Positions 7,191 through 13,985 of a stretch of DNA of 64,000 nt are shown here, piece after piece. A program made the translations under genes and the position numbers. The first letter of the stretch is position 1. Every line of letters begins with the position of its first letter. The notes beneath the pieces were generated by a model, which was given only the letters and a program-made list of their open reading frames with translations, ran no database searches and was not told where the DNA came from. The stretch comes from a virus (Duplodnaviria; Caudoviricetes), in IMG/VR virus record IMGVR_UViG_3300048670_000735, positions 1 through 64,000 of that record, one strand, 5' to 3'.

Positions 7191-7322
7191 TTACTCTGCA
7201 TTTTTATTTTTGTGTTTGATCTTTCGTGTGTATTTTTTTTTATTGCGAACAGGTTGCGCCGCATTACTGCGACGCAATTCCTGAATGCGTTTTACTTTAT
7301 CTTGAAGTGAAGTTAGGAACAT
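7191..7322 (-). CDS. 43-aa very basic peptide (MFLTSLQDKVKRIQELRRSNAAQPVRNKKKYTRKIKHKNKNAE)
   Basis: read by hand; overlaps the end of the upstream gene. Confidence 0.6.
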   Translation of the reverse strand: MFLTSLQDKVKRIQELRRSNAAQPVRNKKKYTRKIKHKNKNAE

Positions 7323-7488
7323 TATACCCACTTGCTTCGTGAAATCGTGTTACATCAAATCGCTCATTATCTTTCGCAAACATTTCAGCGAAATCATTTA
7401 CGACTTTAGAAAAAACAGCGGGGTGAATTTTATTGCTCGCATACTTTAGAATTTCTGCCGTTGCGATGTAATCTTTTCTAGTCATCAT
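7297..7488 (-). CDS. hypothetical phage protein (MTRKDY...DN.RFD..RF family)
   Basis: ORF track. Confidence 0.8.
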   Translation of the reverse strand: MMTRKDYIATAEILKYASNKIHPAVFSKVVNDFAEMFAKDNERFDVTRFHEASGYNVPNFTSR

Positions 7489-7691
7489 TTTACTACGACC
7501 CTTCTGCCTTCACGATAAAATAATTTCGTGTAGCATTTTCCGCTAGGTGTGTAAAGATTTACGGTTGAGTATTCATCAGCAAATCCCCAGTCAATGAATT
7601 TAGCAAACTCGGTGTGTGCTTCTAATTCATCTGAGTATTCTTTTATAAAGTGTAGCGGTTCGCTATCATTAGCAACAGTTATTTTATACAT
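7485..7691 (-). CDS. hypothetical protein
   Basis: ORF track, coupled. Confidence 0.75.
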   Translation of the reverse strand: MYKITVANDSEPLHFIKEYSDELEAHTEFAKFIDWGFADEYSTVNLYTPSGKCYTKLFYREGRRVVVK

Positions 7692-7849
7692 TAGTTATTT
7701 TCTCCATTCAAAAATAGTGAGCCGTCATCTACGCAAGAGCAAGGCTCTACATCATAATTTCTTTCGTCTCCAAAGAATATAAATCCTGCGCCACCGCATT
7801 CATCACATTCCGCAGAAATAATTTCTAGGTATCGTTTTACATTAGCCAT
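7691..7849 (-). CDS. 52-aa zinc-finger-like peptide (CDECGGAG...CSC)
   Basis: read by hand; ACGAAAGGG RBS, own promoter at 7882-7903. Confidence 0.7.
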   Translation of the reverse strand: MANVKRYLEIISAECDECGGAGFIFFGDERNYDVEPCSCVDDGSLFLNGENN

Positions 7850-7967
7850 TTAGGTTTTCCCTTTCGTTTGTTTGAGTTGTAATTGTAGCAGATAGGACTG
7901 ACAAGGCTTGCGCCTTGCTTGCTTCACGTTGTGCAATCACGTGCTTTTTGAATTCTTCTAGGTTCAT
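7842..7967 (-). CDS. 41-aa hypothetical peptide (MNLEEFKKHV...)
   Basis: read by hand; AAGGAG RBS, ATGA coupling. Confidence 0.6.
   Translation of the reverse strand: MNLEEFKKHVIAQREASKAQALSVLSATITTQTNERENLNG
7882..7903 (-). promoter_or_regulatory. TGTCAG-N10-TACAAT promoter, copy 9
   Basis: exact motif. Confidence 0.8.
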
Positions 7968-8089
7968 TCAAACGCTCCTTCTTCTAGTAGTCCTAATTCG
8001 ATGTTGAATAATTCATCGGGAGTGGCTTCGGATAAATCTACCCAGCCAGCACCCTCGTTGTCCATTCGGAAAATTTCGATGTATCCCAT
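7964..8089 (-). CDS. 41-aa acidic peptide (MGYIEIFRMDNEGAGWVD...)
   Basis: read by hand; fills the gap between coupled genes. Confidence 0.65.
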   Translation of the reverse strand: MGYIEIFRMDNEGAGWVDLSEATPDELFNIELGLLEEGAFE

Positions 8090-8091
8090 TA

Positions 8092-8298
8092 TTATTCACC
8101 AACCTTTACTGCGATTGTTGCGAATTTATTTCGCAAGCCACCCGCATTTATTTCGATTAGGTAGGCTTCAGTTTTTTCGCCATACCAAATTTCTGGGCGG
8201 TGTTCCGCTGAAATAATCTCACCTGAAAAGTGGCGAGAGTTTGAGCGATAAGTTTTTCCTACAAGTAGGTTTTCGATTGTGTATAGTTTGGTAGCCAT
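8092..8298 (-). CDS. hypothetical protein
   Basis: ORF track; RBS. Confidence 0.8.
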   Translation of the reverse strand: MATKLYTIENLLVGKTYRSNSRHFSGEIISAEHRPEIWYGEKTEAYLIEINAGGLRNKFATIAVKVGE

Positions 8299-8334
8299 TG
8301 GCAGACCTTCTTTCGTTTGTTGGTTATAGTGGAT

Positions 8335-8356
8335 ATTATAGCGGATAGGACTGACA
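8335..8356 (-). promoter_or_regulatory. TGTCAG-N10-TATAAT promoter, copy 10
   Basis: exact motif. Confidence 0.85.
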
Positions 8357-8404
8357 AAGTGTTAATTCTGCAAGGGTTTGTCTCAATATGTGGAGCGTGG
8401 GTTA

Positions 8405-8443
8405 TGTGATAAGCGTCACACGGGCTATGTGATAAATCTCACA
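8405..8443. promoter_or_regulatory. two perfect CRP/GlxR boxes (8405-8420, 8428-8443)
   Basis: TGTGA-taagcg-TCACA; TGTGA-taaatc-TCACA. Confidence 0.75.
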
Positions 8444-8504
8444 AAATTCACGGGATTTTATAACTCTTTCGTAACGACACGCCCGACCCCGTGCCTATGC
8501 GGGC
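8444..8504. repeat. tripartite element copy 5 (AAATTCACGGG-N14-TCGTAA-N23-TGCGGGC)
   Basis: conserved blocks and spacing. Confidence 0.75.
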
Positions 8505-8536
8505 CAGCTTGACATTGTCAAGCCGACACGCCGTGT

Positions 8537-8635
8537 TTATTTAATTTTTTCTAGAATCTTTTCTAATTCTTTTAGTTGTTCTAGATTTAGGTGATCTAGT
8601 TGAATTGCTTTTTCAAATCCGAATAAATCGCTCAT
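8537..8635 (-). CDS. 32-aa peptide (MSDLFGFEKAIQLDHL...)
   Basis: read by hand; TAATG coupling. Confidence 0.65.
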   Translation of the reverse strand: MSDLFGFEKAIQLDHLNLEQLKELEKILEKIK

Positions 8636-8745
8636 TAGTTTAACCCGTTTTCTTTTAGGTCTTTTATTACGGCGATTAGTAGCGGGATAGTTACGCCCGC
8701 TAGTAGTAATTGGACGGCGGTAGTAAGTAGGCGATTAGTAGTCAT
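8635..8745 (-). CDS. 36-aa membrane peptide (MTTNRLLTTAVQLLLAGVTIPLLIAVIK...)
   Basis: read by hand; TAATG coupling; hydrophobic helix. Confidence 0.65.
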   Translation of the reverse strand: MTTNRLLTTAVQLLLAGVTIPLLIAVIKDLKENGLN

Positions 8746-8900
8746 TACTTATTCTTCTTTCTTTTATAAATCTTATAAGCGATTAGTGCTAGGGCGGTGA
8801 TAATAATAGTGTGCCAAGGTAGATAGATAGACCCTAAGAAACTATCTAACTCAAATCCGTATTCGCTTGTTATGTATAAATCAAATCCGTTAGGTATCAT
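8745..8900 (-). CDS. 51-aa membrane peptide with basic C-tail
   Basis: read by hand; TAATG coupling; ...WHTIIITALALIAYKIYKRKKNK. Confidence 0.65.
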   Translation of the reverse strand: MIPNGFDLYITSEYGFELDSFLGSIYLPWHTIIITALALIAYKIYKRKKNK

Positions 8901-9085
8901 TACGCCACCCATTCCATATCTGCTAATAGTGCATCTACTTGCTCATCTGTTAGGTCTGTATCCTCTAACTCTTCTTCATCTTGCTCTACCTCTTCATCTA
9001 GGTAGGCGTATTGGTCTGCGACATCTTCTTGGATAGTTTCCCATTTAGATACGCTGTTAGTGCGTGTGTTGTATGCGTATGACAT
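8900..9085 (-). CDS. very acidic 61-aa protein
   Basis: ORF track. Confidence 0.75.
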   Translation of the reverse strand: MSYAYNTRTNSVSKWETIQEDVADQYAYLDEEVEQDEEELEDTDLTDEQVDALLADMEWVA

Positions 9086-9237
9086 TAGTTCTGTTCTACC
9101 TTTCTCATATGGGCTACTACGCCCTTAGAAACCTTTTGTAGGTCTGCCACTACCTTATTCATTTCATCTGCTGATGAAGCCTTGAAATCAACGCCTAGTA
9201 GTTGAGCGCCGTCCCATAGTGAGTATGTGATTGTCAT
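9085..9237 (-). CDS. hypothetical protein (start moved to MTITYSL)
   Basis: GAAAAGGA RBS before ATG 9237. Confidence 0.7.
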   Translation of the reverse strand: MTITYSLWDGAQLLGVDFKASSADEMNKVVADLQKVSKGVVAHMRKVEQN

Positions 9238-9276
9238 TTTATTTTCTATCCTTTTCGTTAGTTGGTTATTTGGTTG

Positions 9277-9330
9277 AGAGCGATTATTTGCTAGGCTCAC
9301 CTTTCGGATTATTTGCTAGGCTCACGCTCT
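9277..9330 (-). repeat. 19-bp direct repeat pair (9282-9300, 9307-9325) enclosed by an inverted repeat; candidate symmetric 5'-UTR RNA
   Basis: GATTATTTGCTAGGCTCAC x2, flanked by AGAGCG/CGCTCT. Confidence 0.7.
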
Positions 9331-9357
9331 AATTCTTTATTTAATTTGTATGTCGTA

Positions 9358-9379
9358 AGACTATCACGACCTACTGACA
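9358..9379 (-). promoter_or_regulatory. TGTCAG-N10-TAGTCT promoter, copy 11
   Basis: exact motif. Confidence 0.75.
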
Positions 9380-9407
9380 TTTAGCCTCATTTAGGGCTAG
9401 TGTCGTG

Positions 9408-9423
9408 TGTGAGTTACCTCACA
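9408..9423. promoter_or_regulatory. CRP/GlxR box, perfect (TGTGA-gttacc-TCACA)
   Basis: consensus match. Confidence 0.75.
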
Positions 9424-9581
9424 CCTACTAGGTTATGCTCGGCGTAGTTACCGCCACACATTACGCATAGGGAGTATGCGGTTACTCTACCGCAACCTGC
9501 TGAGCAGGATACATAGCCAAGACGCTTAGCGTCTGACTCTACTAGGTAGTCATTACGACTTTCCCAAATTCTGTTAGTCAT
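9414..9581 (-). CDS. 55-aa Cys4 zinc-finger-like peptide (CSAGC...CVMC)
   Basis: read by hand; GAAAGG RBS, promoter at 9632-9653. Confidence 0.7.
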   Translation of the reverse strand: MTNRIWESRNDYLVESDAKRLGYVSCSAGCGRVTAYSLCVMCGGNYAEHNLVGVR

Positions 9582-9631
9582 TTTAGACCTAACCTTTCTT
9601 AGTAAGACTTTCTTACTTTCTTTATACCTTA

Positions 9632-9653
9632 ATCATAGCAAGGGGGGCTGACA
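9632..9653 (-). promoter_or_regulatory. TGTCAG-N10-TATGAT promoter, copy 12
   Basis: exact motif. Confidence 0.8.
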
Positions 9654-9701
9654 TTTATACCCCTATTCTCGGGCGTGTCTAAATAAATCTTAGAATAATC
9701 G

Positions 9702-9717
9702 TGTGATCTCCACCACA
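9702..9717. promoter_or_regulatory. CRP/GlxR-type box (TGTGA-tctcca-CCACA)
   Basis: one mismatch. Confidence 0.6.
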
Positions 9718-9852
9718 ATCACGCTCATTATGGGCGGTCTATCCATTTTGTCCGATTTTGATTTATATGTGTATCGTGCAAATTAAAAATTTATTAACAT
9801 TTTTTAAAATCTGAACTGCTGGTCAACTAAAAATAAATGGTAAAATTATAAT

Positions 9853-10374
9853 ATGAAAAATTATTTAACTGAGGATAACCGTGTTTGGGAAATAGAAAAT
9901 TTTCTTTCTGAAGAAGAGCTATTGAAATTTGATGACCATATAAAGCAAACAGAATGGGTTACTCAGGAAAGATGGACAAACCCTACGTATTTTAATAACA
10001 CCTCTGTGTTTCCAGATATTAAGTTTATAGAAAATAGGGCTAACAAATTAACTGATCACAAATATATATGGAGTGGTTTTGGTATTATAATGCGAATCCA
10101 ACCTGGCATGAAACTAAACCCACATGTTGATAACTACAATAGGCCAAATTTTATAAAACATGATTGTCTTTCAGCTACCATTTATTTAAACGATGATTTT
10201 GAAGGTGGAGAGCTTTACTATTTAAATCTAAATATTAAATATAAACCCAAGCGTGGCTCCATAGTTTTTCATCCAGGATTTGAAGATCTTTACATGCATG
10301 GTGTGAAAGAAGTTATTGGTTCAAGCAGACACGCATTAGGATTAGTTGGAATAAGCTTGACACCGAAAATATAA
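9853..10374 (+). CDS. 2OG-Fe(II) oxygenase (prolyl 4-hydroxylase-like)
   Basis: HVD...IYLNDDFEGGEL...HGV...R facial triad; leaderless (TAAAAT 6 nt before ATG). Confidence 0.9.
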   Translation: MKNYLTEDNRVWEIENFLSEEELLKFDDHIKQTEWVTQERWTNPTYFNNTSVFPDIKFIENRANKLTDHKYIWSGFGIIMRIQPGMKLNPHVDNYNRPNFIKHDCLSATIYLNDDFEGGELYYLNLNIKYKPKRGSIVFHPGFEDLYMHGVKEVIGSSRHALGLVGISLTPKI

Positions 10375-10489
10375 ATAGTATAATTTTATAGGGGGGTCGG
10401 GGGGTCAGTAAATCAATAATATTTAAATATATTATATATAAGACCTAAGACCTAAGATCAAGTGATACTTGGAATGGTACAATAAAAGT

Positions 10490-11770
10490 ATGAAAACTGT
10501 ACACCTTATTGGTGATTGTCATTCAACTAGAATCTGGGAACACTGGAATCCTGAAACATGTCCCGTAGACTTTAAAGTATGGGGTGTAGCTGGAATGACA
10601 GCTTACGCATTTGATCCAGTAAAATTTGAAGAAGAAAAATATGAATCAAGCGGCATAGAAAGCCAAAGCGACTACCTTGATATGCCAAGAGAATACTGGG
10701 TAAAACCATTCAATGAATTTAAATCCCCAGACCTGGTACTAGTTTGGCTAGGATATGTCGATATTAGACAATGGCTTCCAAAGCATAAGAATACTGAAGA
10801 GGTTGTTATAAAGTGTCTTGATCGTATACGTGAGTATTATAAGGATTCTGTTATACAGCTTATTGAACCCCTCCCACAATTCACTGAAATGCTTTTAAAG
10901 TACGAGGGCATATCTCCAAGCTACACATACGATGAAAGACAAAGCATCAACAAAATTTTTATAGACACTCTAAATAAATATGTTATTCAGCATAGAATGC
11001 CTTCTCCAATTACCCAAGATGACATTAAAAAAGCAGTTGGACTTAAAGAGTTTACACCTGAAGATTGTGCAACATGGGCACCTCATCCACAAGATTCACT
11101 AAAAAGAGAATATTGGGCAAAAATTTATAATTTGTTTATGGAAAAGTCTTTAAAATCATTCTTTAGGATAATTTCACCAGCTGGCTCTGGAAACACATTT
11201 GCTATAAATTTATTGAGAGAGTATGTTAAAGACTCCGAGCATGTTAATAGCTATCATGACTATGATTTTTTTGATAACAAAATGCACAATGTAGCTTTGT
11301 TAAGAAACCCGTATGATTCAATTGCATCTAGTGTAGAGCTTAGCCTTGAATTTATTGATAAAAATCAAATTAAATATAACTTAAAAAATGCCTTAGAAAC
11401 AAGAATTGAAAAATCAATAAAAGATTACGAATGGTTTTTAAACACATTAAATAAAGAAAAAAATTCATACATTATGATATATTCATTTGATTCTTTAACA
11501 AAAGATCCAGAAGAATTTTTAATTAAATTTTCTAATACGTTTAATTTAAATTTAAAAAAATTTAATAAAGAATTATTATCAAAAACCATTTTACAAAAAA
11601 TGAAAAATCTTGAAATTGAATCAGTTAGAACTCCAAGAGATATAAGTAAAATGAGGTCCATTATAAACAAGGCTGTTTTATATAGCGAGCCCATGAAAGA
11701 CTTATTTGCTAAATATCAAAAACAATTAGAAAGGGAGAACATAAATGGTAATGCAAGAGCCTCAATTTGA
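10490..11770 (+). CDS. fusion: SGNH/GDSL-like N-domain plus sulfotransferase-like P-loop domain
   Basis: LIGDCHS...LGYVD N-half; SPAGSGNTF and LLRNPYDSIAS C-half; leaderless start at 10490. Confidence 0.6.
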   Translation: MKTVHLIGDCHSTRIWEHWNPETCPVDFKVWGVAGMTAYAFDPVKFEEEKYESSGIESQSDYLDMPREYWVKPFNEFKSPDLVLVWLGYVDIRQWLPKHKNTEEVVIKCLDRIREYYKDSVIQLIEPLPQFTEMLLKYEGISPSYTYDERQSINKIFIDTLNKYVIQHRMPSPITQDDIKKAVGLKEFTPEDCATWAPHPQDSLKREYWAKIYNLFMEKSLKSFFRIISPAGSGNTFAINLLREYVKDSEHVNSYHDYDFFDNKMHNVALLRNPYDSIASSVELSLEFIDKNQIKYNLKNALETRIEKSIKDYEWFLNTLNKEKNSYIMIYSFDSLTKDPEEFLIKFSNTFNLNLKKFNKELLSKTILQKMKNLEIESVRTPRDISKMRSIINKAVLYSEPMKDLFAKYQKQLERENINGNARASI

Positions 11771-12398
11771 TGAGACAGTAGGAAAAACTATTAAGGTAAT
11801 AGCACCTATGGGTTCTGGATGCGTTTTATTTTCTAAACTTTTGCTTCATGTTTGTGACGACATTAGCATAACGTCTGGGCAGGGCATAAAAGACGAATGG
11901 TTTGGCAATAATTGGCCAGAAATGATGGATCAAGAAGATCCTTTTGTTTATATATTAAGAGATCCAGTAGATTCAGTAACTCAAAATGTAAAAATTTTTA
12001 TGAAGTTTAAAGAAGGATATGACAAGCTATTTCAAGAAGAAGATCATCTACAAACTTCAATTTCTATTGCATTAGGAAAATATGAAATGCTTTTTACTAA
12101 ATCAAAAGAAAAAGAAAATATTTTTAAAATTACCTATGAGTCAATGTTTACAAATCCAAACCAAACTATTAAGAATTTTGTAAACTTTTTTAATTTGGAG
12201 CTAAATGATAAATATTCTGACTCTATTACAATAAAAGATATTTATCCAAAAATAGCAGGAACACATCTTTCATTTTGGATACCAGACAATCACACCTCTG
12301 CATTTACTGAAATTGAAGATAAAGTTCGTAACAACGAAGCAGTAAAAGAAATGCAAAAAAAATATTTTGAGTACAAAAAGGAGATAGAGGCTTGCTAA
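11745..12398 (+). CDS. sulfotransferase-like P-loop protein
   Basis: APMGSGC, YILRDPVDSV, ITYE...NP motifs. Confidence 0.6.
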   Translation: MVMQEPQFDETVGKTIKVIAPMGSGCVLFSKLLLHVCDDISITSGQGIKDEWFGNNWPEMMDQEDPFVYILRDPVDSVTQNVKIFMKFKEGYDKLFQEEDHLQTSISIALGKYEMLFTKSKEKENIFKITYESMFTNPNQTIKNFVNFFNLELNDKYSDSITIKDIYPKIAGTHLSFWIPDNHTSAFTEIEDKVRNNEAVKEMQKKYFEYKKEIEAC

Positions 12399-12982
12399 TT
12401 ATAAACTCTAGTCCTGGATCAGGAAATACTTATTGCAGTGTACTATTGGAAGAAACTTTGGGCTATTGGGTTGAAGTATTTCATCGTCCAGATGCGTTAA
12501 ACGAAAAAAGAAATCAAATTACTTTGTTTAAAAACCCATACGATTCAATATTATCTGCTTTAGAAAAACATTTTCAAGACGTACACCCATCTCTTCAGCC
12601 ATTTGATATAAACAATGAAGATGAGGTCAGACATAATATAAAAAACTACGTTAGGCTTTACAACATATATCTTGATGACTATAAAAAAGATCATATTTAT
12701 CCTGTAACCTATGAATATTTAAGAAATGACCCAATTGATTTTGTTACATCTGTTGCAAACTTTTTTAATTTAGAAATAGCTAATAAAAACATTAGTGAAG
12801 CTAAGGTTTTACAAATAATTGACGAAAAGCGTCTTCGTTTAGAACATATAAGAAAAAGATTAATTCCTGTAAAAGAAAAAGAATCTTTAAAAAAATTTTT
12901 AACATCAAATGATTCTTTAAAACAAGTTTACGAAAGATATAATGAGCATAAGGAATTTTTTATAAATGTCAATACTAATTAA
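12392..12982 (+). CDS. sulfotransferase-like P-loop protein
   Basis: SPGSGNTY, FKNPYDSILS, VTYE.L..DP motifs. Confidence 0.6.
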   Translation: MLIINSSPGSGNTYCSVLLEETLGYWVEVFHRPDALNEKRNQITLFKNPYDSILSALEKHFQDVHPSLQPFDINNEDEVRHNIKNYVRLYNIYLDDYKKDHIYPVTYEYLRNDPIDFVTSVANFFNLEIANKNISEAKVLQIIDEKRLRLEHIRKRLIPVKEKESLKKFLTSNDSLKQVYERYNEHKEFFINVNTN

Positions 12983-13565
12983 TTCTCCAGAGGGATCTGG
13001 AAATAGTTTTGCAAAAGCAGCTTTGTACAATATAGGATGCTCAGCAAGCCTTAAGCATAATTATAAACTTTTAAATTCTGGAGAAGATAATATTTTTATA
13101 TTAAGAAGTCCTTATGACTGCATTTTATCGGCTATGGAGTTACCATTTTTAAATGACAAAAGCAGGGAAGGAAAAGTTGATTTAAGTCATCCACAAACAA
13201 ACGAAGAGATAGATAGGCACATCAAGCAATACTTAAACTATTTAGATAATTATAATAATGAAAAAGTTTATGCTTTAACATTTGAATTTTTAACCAGTAA
13301 TCCTAAAAAATTTGTACAAAACGTTGTATCAAAATTTGAAACAAAAGTTTATAAAAGTAATTTTGATTTTATTACAGAAGAATCTGTTATAAAAACATTA
13401 ATAAAGAAGAATCCAAATAGAGCGCCAATTAGAGATGATAATCCAAGAAAAAAAATAAATCTTAGAAGTGAAATAAAAGAATATTTAAATGAAGATAAAA
13501 GAATGAAAGATTTGTTTCCTATTTATATAGAACATAAGAATATATTGCAGTCAACTGAAATATAG
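12966..13565 (+). CDS. sulfotransferase-like P-loop protein
   Basis: SPEGSGNSF, ILRSPYDCILS, LTFE.L..NP motifs. Confidence 0.6.
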   Translation: MSILINSPEGSGNSFAKAALYNIGCSASLKHNYKLLNSGEDNIFILRSPYDCILSAMELPFLNDKSREGKVDLSHPQTNEEIDRHIKQYLNYLDNYNNEKVYALTFEFLTSNPKKFVQNVVSKFETKVYKSNFDFITEESVIKTLIKKNPNRAPIRDDNPRKKINLRSEIKEYLNEDKRMKDLFPIYIEHKNILQSTEI

Positions 13566-13579
13566 GGTATACTATAAAC

Positions 13580-13702
13580 ATGAAATGTGATTTTTGCGAA
13601 AACCCAAAGTATGTAGAGCGTCTTAACGCTAAAGGCATACTTGAAAATTTTTGCACAAAGTGCATAGAAAAAGTTGTTCTGCAAACAAAGGGCGGGAAAT
13701 GA
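13580..13702 (+). CDS. 40-aa CxxC...CxxC zinc-finger peptide
   Basis: read by hand (MKCDFCENP...FCTKC); leaderless after TATACT. Confidence 0.7.
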   Translation: MKCDFCENPKYVERLNAKGILENFCTKCIEKVVLQTKGGK

Positions 13703-13779
13703 AATTAATGCTTAAGATCGGGATTGTAGTAGTCCTAGTTAATATATGTGGGTTAATCCTACAACTATATATAAACTAG
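13699..13779 (+). CDS. 26-aa hydrophobic peptide
   Basis: read by hand; ATGA coupling. Confidence 0.45.
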   Translation: MKLMLKIGIVVVLVNICGLILQLYIN

Positions 13780-13853
13780 GGGATATAGCTTAATCTGGTT
13801 AAAGCACTTGTCTTATATACAATAGATTCTGGGTTCAAATCCCAGTGTCCCTA
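13779..13853 (+). tRNA. trnI: tRNA-Ile (TAT anticodon, reads AUA)
   Basis: GGGGATA/TGTCCCT acceptor stem, TAGCTTAATCTGGTTAAAGC D-arm, TTGT-CTTATAT-ACAA anticodon arm, CTGGG-TTCAAAT-CCCAG T-arm. Confidence 0.85.
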
Positions 13854-13867
13854 CAAAGGAGTAGAAT

Positions 13868-13978
13868 ATGAATAACAACGTAATAGTACCTGATGAATGG
13901 CCAAAACATAAAAAAATTAAATTTCTTGGCATAACAGTATTATTTGTAGTAATATTATTATTAATCTCAGTCAACTAG
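13868..13978 (+). CDS. 36-aa membrane peptide
   Basis: read by hand; AAGGAG RBS; C-terminal hydrophobic helix. Confidence 0.6.
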   Translation: MNNNVIVPDEWPKHKKIKFLGITVLFVVILLLISVN

Positions 13979-13985
13979 GATATAT

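Noticed and set aside
1-9800. LexA SOS boxes (actinobacterial TCGAAC-N4-GTTCGA) at the early promoters
   Set aside because: None seen in the intergenic regions read by eye.
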